43,445 nt of DNA from a virus (IMGVR_UViG_3300028589_000003:1-43445), one strand, 5' to 3'. Shown: positions 32,601 through 40,677, numbered from the stretch's first letter. Notes: generated from the sequence alone by a model not told the origin. Numbers and translations: made by a program.

Positions 32601-33763
32601 TTGGCCAGTTCGCGCTGTGTCCGGGTGAGCTGACGACCAGCGATTCGCGATGGTGCCAGCAGGTGACTGGCAAGGCCCATGCTCACAAGGTCAACAGCGG
32701 TCGTGCCAGCGGCTTTTAGGCTTGCCCTGCGCTCTGCATCATCCATGAGCTTATCGTCTTGCAGAGCGCGCAATACGGCCTTTGGATCGTTCTGGTTTAC
32801 CTTTGCCTCGCGCAGGACATCCAGCAGCTTGGATTGGTACTCACCTGAGAACCCGATGCCTGCTGCTGCAACCGGTCCGGCGATGGCGCCAGCGGCGAGC
32901 ATTTCAGCGCTGGTTGCAGCGGCGCCTACGGATGTGCGGAAGGCATAGCCAGGGTTCTCGGCAAGTGCTTCAGCAGTGGCAGATAGGCTTCCACGGCCAA
33001 GAGATTCAAGTTCTGCTGCTCGGCGTGCGCCTGGGTCAACTGGCATATCAGAAAGCGTCTGCTCGTCCTGTGCGGCGCGCTGCAGTTGTTCAGTCTGCCG
33101 GCCAACAAGGCGCTCACGCATCTGCTGGCGCTGCTCTGGCGTGGCTTGCAGGTAGTCGAAGCCAAACCCAGTAGGGTTATCGCCTCCAGGGAATGGAAGC
33201 TCACCGGCCTCAGCAGCCCGGGCAACCTCAAGGTCTACGCGGTCGAACTGCGCCTGAATGTCATTGAGTCGCGCAGCATCAGCGACACGGCCAGCCTGGC
33301 GCTGTGCAACCCACTGCTGGCGAACGGCGCCGAACAGCTTCTCGCCTGTGCTCTGCTGGTTGAACCGCGTATCACTGGCCGCGCCTTCGATGCGTACCAG
33401 TTGATCAAGGTCATCCTGAGCGACCGCCGCAAGGTTGCCGTCACGTAGTGCATTGGCCGTCTTGCGGTAATTGTCGTAGATGCCCGCGTACTGGTTTCCG
33501 CGCAGCAGCTGGTTCATTCGGTCGGCGTTGTCATGCAGCACCTTGGCCGGCACGCCGCTGTAGCGAGACACAGCCGTAGCTTTGGCATAAGCATCGGGGC
33601 TGATATTCGAAACCGTCTCCATGCTGTGCACGAAGTCTTGGCTTTGCGACTGCGCGAAATCACGGGCCGCATCAGCCAGCTGCGTGGTCTTGGACGGCGG
33701 CGTTTCAGGCTGCGGAATCGCGCTTGAATCAACCGGTTTCAGCAACTCAGGAACTTGGATCAT
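26618..33763 (-). CDS. Giant polyvalent virion/ejection protein (2381 aa) with two zincin-like HExxH motifs
   Basis: Single uninterrupted ORF. ATGA overlap with the upstream SLT gene. Contains VVMHEVQHAIQVREGFATGG...YRRLAGEVEARNTERR and LHELGHYYLEV...HEQFARGFEKYVAEGKAPSPEL blocks known from phage/plasmid polyvalent proteins. The hydrophobic C-terminal region fits a DNA-ejection role. Confidence 0.85.
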   Translation of the reverse strand: MIQVPELLKPVDSSAIPQPETPPSKTTQLADAARDFAQSQSQDFVHSMETVSNISPDAYAKATAVSRYSGVPAKVLHDNADRMNQLLRGNQYAGIYDNYRKTANALRDGNLAAVAQDDLDQLVRIEGAASDTRFNQQSTGEKLFGAVRQQWVAQRQAGRVADAARLNDIQAQFDRVDLEVARAAEAGELPFPGGDNPTGFGFDYLQATPEQRQQMRERLVGRQTEQLQRAAQDEQTLSDMPVDPGARRAAELESLGRGSLSATAEALAENPGYAFRTSVGAAATSAEMLAAGAIAGPVAAAGIGFSGEYQSKLLDVLREAKVNQNDPKAVLRALQDDKLMDDAERRASLKAAGTTAVDLVSMGLASHLLAPSRIAGRQLTRTQRELANLAVQFPVQGIGEGASEAAGQLLAEGEVDAGEVLLEAVAGAGMSSLDVLAFSNRRLIEGIGDGLRRARETREGQMSLDEMVDASLGSKTRGREADTFGDIAKAQLADTPMETLWIPAEALTRLNQDGKADLPELMLSIPGMTEQFADASARGGSVAIKTADYLRVFADYHQDLGQSIRTQADGMSPADVETWTADQEAQLDDLSKIVQQNSPETNAYREVVDDLVASGYRRADAEQYASVHLSVLSNLSERTGQALEQIRQQFPLTFTADQAGPQQGRRLDQFAGQTAWTADMPSLADAEQRIAAGDNAEQVRRETGWAQGADGKWRFEIDDSQAQFAPVNDWLDDAEVDGVMLGEALNHPALFAAYPELAQVQIRVNPARRSGGMFVSQPGRGFVGSYIEIGDPTLYSADSPAIDVVMHEVQHAIQVREGFATGGSEDAMRADKDQAMADRDYWRQVADLRREIDSLGDEAGQQAFIDTFERTPTEQQMQDALATDLPQIEQRAADAEQVMRDIGNPETTYRRLAGEVEARNTERRRTMTAEERQAASPEQTADTPSDQAIVRWNGTEMNSQAVAGQRRLNQSDNGDARGFITFTPRGEGDRRFQISLGDKRDLSTVLHELGHYYLEVITDLAAKQNAPQQIRDDVESLLRWFGIQASIQSPPNGAELDAKLIRDLLVRESLRPEGSGLISAEPLLRVFDHVASSISNNKILDSVIRSLPVDVVDVLGSQKLPTDVVLHDPSMLKDAFTVDADQGVSITVDGARALLNLVEVVASSSAKALGVPNPRGGDISQGSAANAGNSDRHISSSSDLKVEGSLLETWLRMTDDQRAEFHEQFARGFEKYVAEGKAPSPELAGAFARFKRWLIQIYKDLRRLNVTLTDDMRRVFDRLVATDDQITAAEQVTNAIPLFADATAAGMTDQEFAAYQNSIDLAHADARDSIEEEIVREEERRRSKWWREESSRVRDEVTEEVDTMPEYAALKALRKGQMPDGTELSIKLNSGELAERYGAKATRKLAFTHARDGQPLDIVGPMLGYDSGDQLVKALLGAEPRSQVIKRETDQRMLERHGPKSTGEAAERAIEATHNERRAEVLQKELRRLAQVGNRKNITTQQILKEAARRVMLQRKVRDIQPAEFQRAEAKASRQSYEAFVNGDLETAYEAKQRQLLNFYMYREARKAREQVEDITARMLKYNKASTRERLGKAGHDYLDQIDAVMEQYEFRKVSLREIDKRKSFAAWYADQLAMGNEPIVPEFVLNTSQRVNYKDLSLDQLQELDEFVANVNHLASTKNKLLANKRLKDFEEAKNNLIRAGYANLEKRTPPPIDKNIRGLLERIGDQAGELSSALIKMEQIVEWLDGGQVDGPWSTAFFQPFVEAQGAKDQLNRDIAIKMTEIVDAYTKERGAKVMQQKIHIQSLGQPLTMNAILSAALNTGNASNRKKLLDGGHNGKAWTEQQLNEITGNLTQRDWEFVQSMWDLVEELWPSIVQLEKDLHGVPPEKVEATPVVTQHGTFRGGYWPLVYDTSSSAYAGVQNELGNEGGLFEQGYARATTPKGHTKARVDSFAAPIQLDVEIIASHLGQVIHDLTHRKAIRDAAKIIGDKQIKQMLIDTLGPAVANQFNPWLQGVANDMVLDSQKGIDAWTRGAERLRANLAVGFMGFSATTGLQQILGYSQSFEYFSKVGGKRYIFQGMQEFIRHPFDSIEMVNQMSSEMRFRVDNLDRDMRGVLKKISGKSDWLSFVQRLAFKHIGVIQAMVDYPTWIAGYRHGLDSGLDGEQAIAAGDRAVRLSQMAAGPKDLAAVQRKDGLMRALTIVYSYFNLLYNRTVDIKRAFSSAKGAADYLNVFERTMFLIAIPAVLGPLVSGQGPGEDEDWRAWASLKIATYPLLGIPLVRDLASSLESGWAYKGATPIGEVFNTLSKAGAAGKSAAEGKDVDTARVAGLAIDTIGYSVGLPVAQPKRTVKYLIGVAEGDIEPEGVTDWTRGVIFGPPKK
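30055..30760. mobile_element. Homing-endonuclease insertion with putative co-converted flanks inside the giant gene
   Basis: AT-rich tract in a GC-rich gene. The flanking giant-gene codons switch to rare AGA/ATA/CTA/GTA/CAA/TTT/AAA usage (for example atgacagacgatcagagagctgaatttcacgagcagtttgctagaggatttgagaaatat). The central part encodes the HNH ORF on the opposite strand. Confidence 0.55.
30185..30658 (+). CDS. HNH homing endonuclease (zinc ribbon + HNH + C-terminal HTH)
   Basis: 157 aa. EHRWIMENHIGRKLLRSEHIHHINGQRSDNRIENLVITDRASH is a canonical HNH_3-type motif. N-terminal CVRCG...FCGRTC. C-terminal LTYKQVADKLGVKLCTVWWRL HTH. GAGGAA RBS. Lies entirely antisense within ORF 26618..33763. Confidence 0.85.
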   Translation: MPVTITCVRCGSLRDIPPSRVRYTKSFCGRTCYNLYKVEQSSGSVDRNGYTLISINGKSVLEHRWIMENHIGRKLLRSEHIHHINGQRSDNRIENLVITDRASHVIEHAEERFSTDQAASLRAQGLTYKQVADKLGVKLCTVWWRLNRGLNAKPAKQ

Positions 33764-35862
33764 TGGACGCTTACCCCCAGGCCGGAAATTCGTTCCAGAT
33801 ATGCTGCCACAATGTTTTCCTCGCTCGCCGATTGTCCGGCAGCGCGCAGGGCCTGCACGATGCGCAGGCGCTCTTGAGCCGGGATGTCGGCGATCTTGAT
33901 GTCACCCTTGTCGACGTAGGCCTTGTCCAGCTTCTCAGGCGTGACCTCCCACAGCTTCAGAGAATCCTCAGAGAACAGGCCTGTGCCGCTAAGGCGCACA
34001 TCAAGCAACAGTTGATCGGCGATCTGCTTTGATTCAGTCGCCGTTGGCTGCTTGCCAGTCGCTTGGAAGATGGCGTCCTTTCGAGCTTGGTAGGCGGCGC
34101 GGAACTGCTCTTGACGCTCAAGGTTTTTTGGCTCGTTAGCATCTTTGTTGTTGCCGACCTTGATGCCGGCCATTGCCATGACGCCCCGAAGCTGTCGCTC
34201 TTCAGCCTTCACCGAGCCCTGGCCCGACAGATCACCCTGCTTGACCTTCTGGTACATGGTCGTCACGCGCTTGAAGTCGGCATTGTTCAGGTACGGGCGC
34301 ACATCACGCTCAAGGCTCAATTCCTCAAGCTGCGCTGGCGGCATGTCGATGAATTCCTGCAGCTTGGCGTAATCGGTCTTCGGCTCTGTTCCCTTGCGAC
34401 GGTGTTCGTCCATCTTCTGGAGCTTGACCTGATCGTCTGCAGTCAGCTGATCCAGCATGTTCGGCGGTACCGCGTTGAAGCCGCGCTGCAGAACGACTTG
34501 AGCCGCCTGGTCATAGGCGGCTTTCTGTTCCAGCTGTTGGGCCTTGTACAGATCGTCTACGCGATCCTGGGCGTACTTGCGCGTCTTGGGGTCGTTGATC
34601 TTGTTGATCTGCTGAGTTGCCGCTGCGTAGCGCGCAGATGCCGGCTCTCCACCTACCAGCTGGCCAACGATCTTGCTTGTGTAGTCGCGGGTCTCTTGGT
34701 ACGGGATCTTGTTGATGAAGTCCTGATTGCTGATCTCACCGGTGCGCGGGTCGCCATACTCCTTGACCCATTTATCCACAGCCCCTGGCCCGGCGTTGTA
34801 GGCGGCAACAGCCAAGGTCTCGTTGCCACCATACTTGCCCAGCATCTTGTTCAGGTACTGGGTTCCGAGCGCCATGTTGTACTGAGGGTCAGCAGTAAGG
34901 CGCTCTTCGCTGTACGGGATGTTTAGCTCTGCGGCCATTTCCTTAGCGGTTTCTGGCATCAGCTGCATCAGACCCTTGGCGCCCTTTGGCGATACTGCAG
35001 TAGGGTCACCAGAGCTTTCGGCCTGGATGATCAAGTTTGGGAGTGCCTGCGAGCCGATGCTTCCGCTCGCCCACACGCTGGCGCCGATCTGAGAGCCAAG
35101 CTGCTGGCGCACGCTGGTAGAGAGCATCTTGCTGATCTTGTACTGGTCATCCGGGATCATGTACCCGGACGAGGCTGCGAAGTACTGCTGAGCCTTCAGG
35201 GGATCATCCACGGCCATACGGCTGATCACATCGCTGGCCATGCTGCTGTTGAACTTCTGGATGTTCTGCTGAACAGCCTCTTGAGGGAGGCCCTTGCGAG
35301 CTCCATTCGCGGCGATGATGCGCGCCCCCTTGTTCTGGTAGTACGCAACCTGCTGAGGATCGTTGAAGTATGCTGTAGCGCCTTGTGTGGCAGCTTGAAG
35401 GGATGCTGCATCGGTCTGATCGTAAAACGACTGGCGTTCGCCGTATTCGTAGCGATTCAGTTCAGCGCTCAGGCTCTGGCGCTGGCCGGCAGTGATCTGC
35501 TTCCACCTGGCCTTCTGACGGTCGTTGGTCAGCGAGTTTCCGATAGCGTCGGCCTGCTGGTCGTAAAGACTGATCGTCTGATTCGTGATGTCCAAGGCGT
35601 TCTGACCCTTGCGGGTGTACACACCGTCCTGCTCGTTGAACATCGTGTTGAGCTTCCAGTTGCTCAGCTGCGTCTCGGCGTTGATCAGTGCGGCGGTGTC
35701 GGCGTCCTCTTGGGACTTCTGGAAGATCTGGCCGGCAGCCCTGATTCCTACCTGAGCCAGATCGGATCCTGTGTTATCCACAGGCGTAGCCTGCACCTGA
35801 GGAGTACCAATGCCACGGCTTCGAACCTGAGGACCGCCAAGAGTTGGGACTTGAACAGCCAT
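33760..35862 (-). CDS. Internal virion protein with lytic transglycosylase (SLT) domain
   Basis: 700 aa. AESSGDPTAVSPKGAKGLMQLMPETA...AAYNAGPGAVDKW is the SLT catalytic signature. AAGGAGG RBS. Confidence 0.85.
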   Translation of the reverse strand: MAVQVPTLGGPQVRSRGIGTPQVQATPVDNTGSDLAQVGIRAAGQIFQKSQEDADTAALINAETQLSNWKLNTMFNEQDGVYTRKGQNALDITNQTISLYDQQADAIGNSLTNDRQKARWKQITAGQRQSLSAELNRYEYGERQSFYDQTDAASLQAATQGATAYFNDPQQVAYYQNKGARIIAANGARKGLPQEAVQQNIQKFNSSMASDVISRMAVDDPLKAQQYFAASSGYMIPDDQYKISKMLSTSVRQQLGSQIGASVWASGSIGSQALPNLIIQAESSGDPTAVSPKGAKGLMQLMPETAKEMAAELNIPYSEERLTADPQYNMALGTQYLNKMLGKYGGNETLAVAAYNAGPGAVDKWVKEYGDPRTGEISNQDFINKIPYQETRDYTSKIVGQLVGGEPASARYAAATQQINKINDPKTRKYAQDRVDDLYKAQQLEQKAAYDQAAQVVLQRGFNAVPPNMLDQLTADDQVKLQKMDEHRRKGTEPKTDYAKLQEFIDMPPAQLEELSLERDVRPYLNNADFKRVTTMYQKVKQGDLSGQGSVKAEERQLRGVMAMAGIKVGNNKDANEPKNLERQEQFRAAYQARKDAIFQATGKQPTATESKQIADQLLLDVRLSGTGLFSEDSLKLWEVTPEKLDKAYVDKGDIKIADIPAQERLRIVQALRAAGQSASEENIVAAYLERISGLGVSVQ

Positions 35863-35871
35863 GTGACCTCC

Positions 35872-36441
35872 TTAGGTGTAGGCCTGGTTGTTGTTGAGGC
35901 GGCTGATGCCAGAGAGCGCCGCCGTGGTTCCAGCCCCGCTAGAAGAGAACAGGCCTGAGAAAAGGCCGGCACCATATGAGCCGGCAGCGCCCTGAATTGC
36001 CCCGCCAAGCAGAGAGGTGATCGGGCTTCGCTTAGCGATCTTGCTCAGCTGCTTGGCGTTAGTGAGCGCATTGCTGGCCTCGACCTGATAGCCATAGGCC
36101 TCGCGGGCTGCGTTGTTCGAGATCGTCAGGGCGTCGAGTTCGCCAAGCTGGGCGGTGTCCTGCTGGATGATGGCGTTTGAGCCTTCATTGACCAGACCGC
36201 CATTCGCAGCCTGAGCGGCGCGCTGCGTGCCGATCAGCTGCTGCGTCTGCACGCGGGCCTGGTCGGACTCAATGGCACCGCGCACCTTGGCGTCATTGGC
36301 CGCATTGTTCAGGTAGATGGCGTTCTGACGCAATGCCGAAGCTTGGGCTCTGGCCTGTTGCGCTTGTTGCTGGCCCTGAAGGAATCCGCCAGCGGCTCCT
36401 AGGGCAATCGGTATAGCTGCTGCGGCGGCTGGGAAGCACAT
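35872..36441 (-). CDS. Internal virion/ejection protein candidate (189 aa)
   Basis: ATG 36441 with GGAGAG upstream. Ala/Gln/Gly-rich (MCFPAAAAAIPIALGAAGGFLQGQQQAQQARAQ...). Its position corresponds to T7 gp14. Confidence 0.55.
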   Translation of the reverse strand: MCFPAAAAAIPIALGAAGGFLQGQQQAQQARAQASALRQNAIYLNNAANDAKVRGAIESDQARVQTQQLIGTQRAAQAANGGLVNEGSNAIIQQDTAQLGELDALTISNNAAREAYGYQVEASNALTNAKQLSKIAKRSPITSLLGGAIQGAAGSYGAGLFSGLFSSSGAGTTAALSGISRLNNNQAYT

Positions 36442-36443
36442 AG

Positions 36444-36896
36444 TCAGTCTCTCCGGTACAGGGTGAACTTGTGGAAGGGCATGCCGTGGGGATAGGTCGG
36501 TGTGGCCTGATCTATCGAGAATCCAAGCCACTCAAGCCACCTGATAGCCGCGACATTCCTTGCGTCAACGTAGTTTGACAGGGTTGCGTGGCGCGTGAGC
36601 ATGTCCTTGAGTATGGCCTTGCTGGCTTGCATGAAGCCCCTGGCATGCTTCTCAACGTCATGCGTGGTCACCATCCAAGGAACGCCGGCGCCGATGCCCT
36701 GCATGGTGTCGCCGACGATGGCGATAGGATGATCATCGGAACAGATAGACCAGCACCGCATGCTTTCCTCGAAGCCGACCGACAAGCAGGAAGCCACGCT
36801 CTCACCGAGCGCAGCCATTTCCTCTCTGTCCGCTTTCCTGGCGCCGGCCTCAACAATGGCCAAGTCGTCACGCCTTGTGGCCCTCACGGTGATCAT
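36444..36896 (-). CDS. GNAT-fold-like protein at the T7 gp13 position
   Basis: 150 aa from ATG 36896 (ATGA overlap with the stop of the 784-aa gene). MITVRATRRDDLAIVE...VAAIRWLEWLGFSIDQ resembles the acetyltransferase fold. Lies between the tubular-B-like gene and the ejection proteins. Confidence 0.5.
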   Translation of the reverse strand: MITVRATRRDDLAIVEAGARKADREEMAALGESVASCLSVGFEESMRCWSICSDDHPIAIVGDTMQGIGAGVPWMVTTHDVEKHARGFMQASKAILKDMLTRHATLSNYVDARNVAAIRWLEWLGFSIDQATPTYPHGMPFHKFTLYRRD

Positions 36897-39247
36897 CGCC
36901 GGCCACCCACTTCGGTAGCGGGAATAAGCGCGAGGATGGTCATTGGCAGCGGGTCTTTCTGGACCACCGTGATTTGGCCGTTGCCGCTCCAGCTGTCGGT
37001 GATGACTTGGGTCGCCTTCCCGGTGAAAGGCTGAATCGGGCCATAGTCGTCGGAATCCTGGCGAGGCTTGAATTCCCACAGCTTTTCTTCGTCATTTGAT
37101 GACCCGTAGAAGCCACCTCGAGACTCAAGCAGCACCGCTGTTACCTGCTGAATTATCTTCGCCTTGTCTGACAGCGTTTCTTGGCCGCTGAGCGTTACTT
37201 CAAGGGTCTGAAGCTCCGATTCATACGTAAGGCCAACCAGTGCCACTCCGGCCGGCGTGTCGAGTTCAATGGAGCCGCCAGTAACGATCAGGTCACGGGT
37301 CACGTTGCCATCTGCGAGCACCGCAACGCGCCGTCCTTCGAGGTGAGAAAGGCCAGAAAGGGTGTTCCTGGCAAATGCCCAAGTGGTGAAAGGTACGCCA
37401 CGGATTGCCTCTGGAACTTCGCCGTATGGCCTCACTGTGACGACTGAGCCGCTTGTGCGAGCAGTTATCTGCATGCGGAATGGCTCTGCATCTGGCGTGG
37501 CCAAGTATTGGATCGAGTCGCCGATATCTCCAACGGCAAAGCGCGAGCCATTGGAACTGGTCAGCGTCAGCGCTTCCGGGTATTTCCACTCGGTGCCACC
37601 AGTGAGCGTCATCGTCTCAGAGGTGGTGTTGTTGCCGTCGTACATCAATGCGCAGTCAAGGAACCATGCGTACTTGATGAGCGGAGCACCGTTGTAACGC
37701 TCTGGCTGACGATCTGCCATGCGTTCGACGTAGCGCTGGGTCACGCCATTGACTACGCGCTCAACGCACAGATAGACCGCATCAGAGCGCCCCTCGGGCA
37801 CAGAGCAGATCGACATAACCTTGCCGTCAGTTTCATGCCGGTGCCAGCCGATCACCTGCTGCTCTGGAAGGTAGGTAATGGCAACCACCTTTCCATCTTC
37901 CCGGGCGCCCCAAACGATGCTGTACGGGATTTTCTGATAGTCCCAGTCGACCAGGCTGAATTCCTGCAGCATTTGCGGCGAGAGCACGCTGATGTCGCTG
38001 CCGCTGAACCCATCGGATTCAAGTTGGTAGCCGAATGCAGTGACAGTGCGACCGCGCTCCTGAGCGTAAATCGCCGTGTTGTTGAGAACCAGCGGTCGCA
38101 GCTGGCCAATGCCGTTATACGTCTGAGGATCGCCGTTGATGGTCTTTGCCGTGAACCCGCTACTCTGGCCCTGGATGATCCATTCAGCGCCGTCTGTGAA
38201 CGTCATAAGCGCTCTCAGGGGCATAATGTGGTTGATCTGGTTCACCTCGTTGCTAGCGATGGTCCATGTGATCGCGTCATCGTCCTTGGTCGGGAAGGAG
38301 TAGCCGAAGTTGGTGAACACGCCCGTCCGGCTGAACCACAGTGTCTGCGGCTTGTTCGTGGTGCTCCCGTAAACAAGGCGCTGCTGGAAGTAGGTGACAG
38401 TGCGCGGGAAGTTGCCAGCGCCGATGAATGGGTCTGCACCAGTCGGCGGCGTGTCAGTCTTGGTCGGCGTAATGTTCACATCGGTGAAGCTTGGCGAGTT
38501 GGCGCGACCCACAAAGCCATAGATGCCGGCCCCGGCGTTGTCCTTGTACACGTTGTAGTAAGTGGCGCCAGTAACTGCAGGCCAGGTCACGGTGGCCTTC
38601 TGGTTGTCGCTCTTCACATTGATGGAGTTGGACGTTACCGGCAGAGACTCTTCAGGCGTCTGGCTGCCGTCATCCACCACGGCGGTAATCTGGTAGCGCC
38701 AGGCAATGAGGATGGTGGAACTGCCGCCCGCATCAGCTGTTGCAGTCGCGCTCGCCGGCGCTGCCACGGATGGAACAAGACTCACATCAGTCAGCGTCCA
38801 GTTGTCATGCGCAAAGCGCTTCAGCTTTTTCGGTTTGTGGCTTGGATGAACGATATCCATCACATCAGCCGACTGGGTGAAGTTAAGCGCGAAGATCTGG
38901 TCCCTGGTAAACGGGGTGGCAAGCTCGAATATCTGGCCAACGTTCGGACCGCTGCTGTACACCACAAGGGCGCAATTGCGATAGATCCTCATCTTCAGGT
39001 GCGTGAACTCAAGAGCATAGGTGTCGTTCACGTTGAACTTGAAGCGGATCAGGCGCGCTACTTCATTGCCGGCAGTCTGCGCAAGGAACTGCGTGCCGGG
39101 GCGGTTCTGCGCGCCACCGTACGGGCTGATGATGAAATTGATGCACTTGGCCAGGCCGGTCTGGTATGCGGCAAGATCGGTACGAGCGGCAAGCTCAGGG
39201 CCGACCTCACCTCGGGAGAATGACGGCTGGATGAGGGAAGTGGTCAT
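36893..39247 (-). CDS. Tail tubular protein B-like (nozzle) protein
   Basis: 784 aa, comparable in size and position to T7 gp12. N-terminal PSFSRGEVGPELAARTDLAAYQTGLAKCINF. Beta-rich. Confidence 0.65.
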   Translation of the reverse strand: MTTSLIQPSFSRGEVGPELAARTDLAAYQTGLAKCINFIISPYGGAQNRPGTQFLAQTAGNEVARLIRFKFNVNDTYALEFTHLKMRIYRNCALVVYSSGPNVGQIFELATPFTRDQIFALNFTQSADVMDIVHPSHKPKKLKRFAHDNWTLTDVSLVPSVAAPASATATADAGGSSTILIAWRYQITAVVDDGSQTPEESLPVTSNSINVKSDNQKATVTWPAVTGATYYNVYKDNAGAGIYGFVGRANSPSFTDVNITPTKTDTPPTGADPFIGAGNFPRTVTYFQQRLVYGSTTNKPQTLWFSRTGVFTNFGYSFPTKDDDAITWTIASNEVNQINHIMPLRALMTFTDGAEWIIQGQSSGFTAKTINGDPQTYNGIGQLRPLVLNNTAIYAQERGRTVTAFGYQLESDGFSGSDISVLSPQMLQEFSLVDWDYQKIPYSIVWGAREDGKVVAITYLPEQQVIGWHRHETDGKVMSICSVPEGRSDAVYLCVERVVNGVTQRYVERMADRQPERYNGAPLIKYAWFLDCALMYDGNNTTSETMTLTGGTEWKYPEALTLTSSNGSRFAVGDIGDSIQYLATPDAEPFRMQITARTSGSVVTVRPYGEVPEAIRGVPFTTWAFARNTLSGLSHLEGRRVAVLADGNVTRDLIVTGGSIELDTPAGVALVGLTYESELQTLEVTLSGQETLSDKAKIIQQVTAVLLESRGGFYGSSNDEEKLWEFKPRQDSDDYGPIQPFTGKATQVITDSWSGNGQITVVQKDPLPMTILALIPATEVGGRR

Positions 39248-39849
39248 TGGTGAATGGCTCCCTCATAGATCGAGGTGAACGGGCCGTCTGGCTGTCCCTC
39301 GTTGAGGCTGGCGGCGATTGCCACCTGAATCAGCTGCTCAGCAAGCTGGATCATGTCGTTGCGCGTGGAAAGGTCCTTCTTCAACGGAGCAGCGATGAAC
39401 GATGCCAGGCGTGCTGCCATGGCCTCAACGAAGTACGCCGGCCAGCGCTCAGCCTCTTCCACGCGCTTTGTGTACTTGAGCACGGCATCTTCGATATCGC
39501 ACAGAATGACGCGGCCATTGGCCTCGTACTGGATGTCGAACTTTGGCTTGAATTCTTCAGGCGTGGCCCGCGCATACCCTGACATGATCTCCAGTGCGTT
39601 GATGCAGTCGTTCGGGTAGCGGTAGCGGAATCCCCATCCCTCTGGCGGAGTGCCGAGATCAGCCAGGGCAACAGTCGTGGTGGCGAACTTCCATTCCACA
39701 TCCTTGTACGAGAGCAGTGCATCCCGGCAGGTATCCCAAAAACGCGAGCAGGTCACGCGCTCAGGGCTTCGCTCAAGCTCATCGGCCACCGTCTCGGATG
39801 ATCCGATGTTGGATAGCGCCATGTTGTACACATCGATCTTGCTGGCCAT
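39244..39849 (-). CDS. Tail tubular protein A / adaptor-like protein
   Basis: 201 aa from ATG 39849 (MASKIDVYNMALSNIGSS...). Immediately precedes and overlaps the nozzle-like gene, at the T7 gp11 position. Confidence 0.55.
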   Translation of the reverse strand: MASKIDVYNMALSNIGSSETVADELERSPERVTCSRFWDTCRDALLSYKDVEWKFATTTVALADLGTPPEGWGFRYRYPNDCINALEIMSGYARATPEEFKPKFDIQYEANGRVILCDIEDAVLKYTKRVEEAERWPAYFVEAMAARLASFIAAPLKKDLSTRNDMIQLAEQLIQVAIAASLNEGQPDGPFTSIYEGAIHQ

Positions 39850-39866
39850 GTCTGGACCCCACAAAG

Positions 39867-39888
39867 AAAAAAGGCCCCCGAAGGGGCC
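39867..39888 (-). terminator. Rho-independent terminator after the capsid module
   Basis: Minus strand reads GGCCCC-TTCG-GGGGCC followed by TTTTTT. Confidence 0.7.
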
Positions 39889-39900
39889 AGGGTTGGCTGA

Positions 39901-40218
39901 TTAAGCGTCCGGTAGATTCTTGTCTTCCGGTGGTTCTTCTTCCCCCCCGCCGTCCTTGGCCTTGGCCTCGGCGATCAGTTCTTTCAGCTTTTCGGAACCG
40001 GTGGCGTGATGTGGCTTCAGGCCCAAGGCGCGCGCTTCTTCGATCAGCGCCTTTTGATCATCGCCGTCCTTGGCACCGCTACCGCCTACCTTCTCCAGCC
40101 ATTGGCCAGGCTTAACGCCAGGCTCCAGGGTGACCAGAGATTCGTCGCCACGGTCCGGGTAGACCAGACGACCACCGATGTAGTGAGGAACATGAGTGAC
40201 ACGATATTGCTGGCTCAT
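39901..40218 (-). CDS. Hypothetical protein with HeH/Rho-N-like C-terminal motif
   Basis: 105 aa. ALIEEARALGLKPHHATGSEKLKELIAEAK resembles the helix-extended-helix (Rho_N/SAP-like) motif. Acidic tail. Confidence 0.5.
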   Translation of the reverse strand: MSQQYRVTHVPHYIGGRLVYPDRGDESLVTLEPGVKPGQWLEKVGGSGAKDGDDQKALIEEARALGLKPHHATGSEKLKELIAEAKAKDGGGEEEPPEDKNLPDA

Positions 40219-40227
40219 GCTGCCTCC

Positions 40228-40677
40228 TTACACGGTGTAGTTGCGGTCATAGGCGCGCCATGCGGCCACATCAGTGGTCAGGAAGGCATCGAAGTTGCCA
40301 GCGGTCAGCGGGCCAGTGGCAACGGTGTAGCGCACGCCAAGGTAACGCTCGTAGTTGCCGGCCGGCAGCTTGATCGCGACCATGCCCAAGCCAGGGGCCA
40401 TTTCAGCCAGCGCGAAGGCCTTGCTGGTGAAATGAACGGTGGACGAAGTCAGGCCCACGTTGTCATCCGATTCCAGAGTGACGGTGACTGTTGCAGCGCC
40501 AGCGGCGGTCGGCTGAACAGTGGTGGTCACGACCAGATACACATCCTGGCCGGTACCGATGTCGCGGATCGGGTTTTTGCCCGAACTGTTGCTGACCAGA
40601 TCCATGACGTTGGTCGAGATAGCGGTTGCGGTGACCGCCTGGGCGTCCGAGAACTCTGCTTGCTTGTCGACGTACAT
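40228..40677 (-). CDS. Capsid decoration/cement-like protein (Bbp16-type by eye)
   Basis: 149 aa directly after the major capsid gene. FSDAQAVTATAISTNVMDL...YLVVTTTV...ATVTVTLESDDN...RYLGVRYTV resembles cement proteins of BPP-1-like podophages. Confidence 0.5.
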   Translation of the reverse strand: MYVDKQAEFSDAQAVTATAISTNVMDLVSNSSGKNPIRDIGTGQDVYLVVTTTVQPTAAGAATVTVTLESDDNVGLTSSTVHFTSKAFALAEMAPGLGMVAIKLPAGNYERYLGVRYTVATGPLTAGNFDAFLTTDVAAWRAYDRNYTV

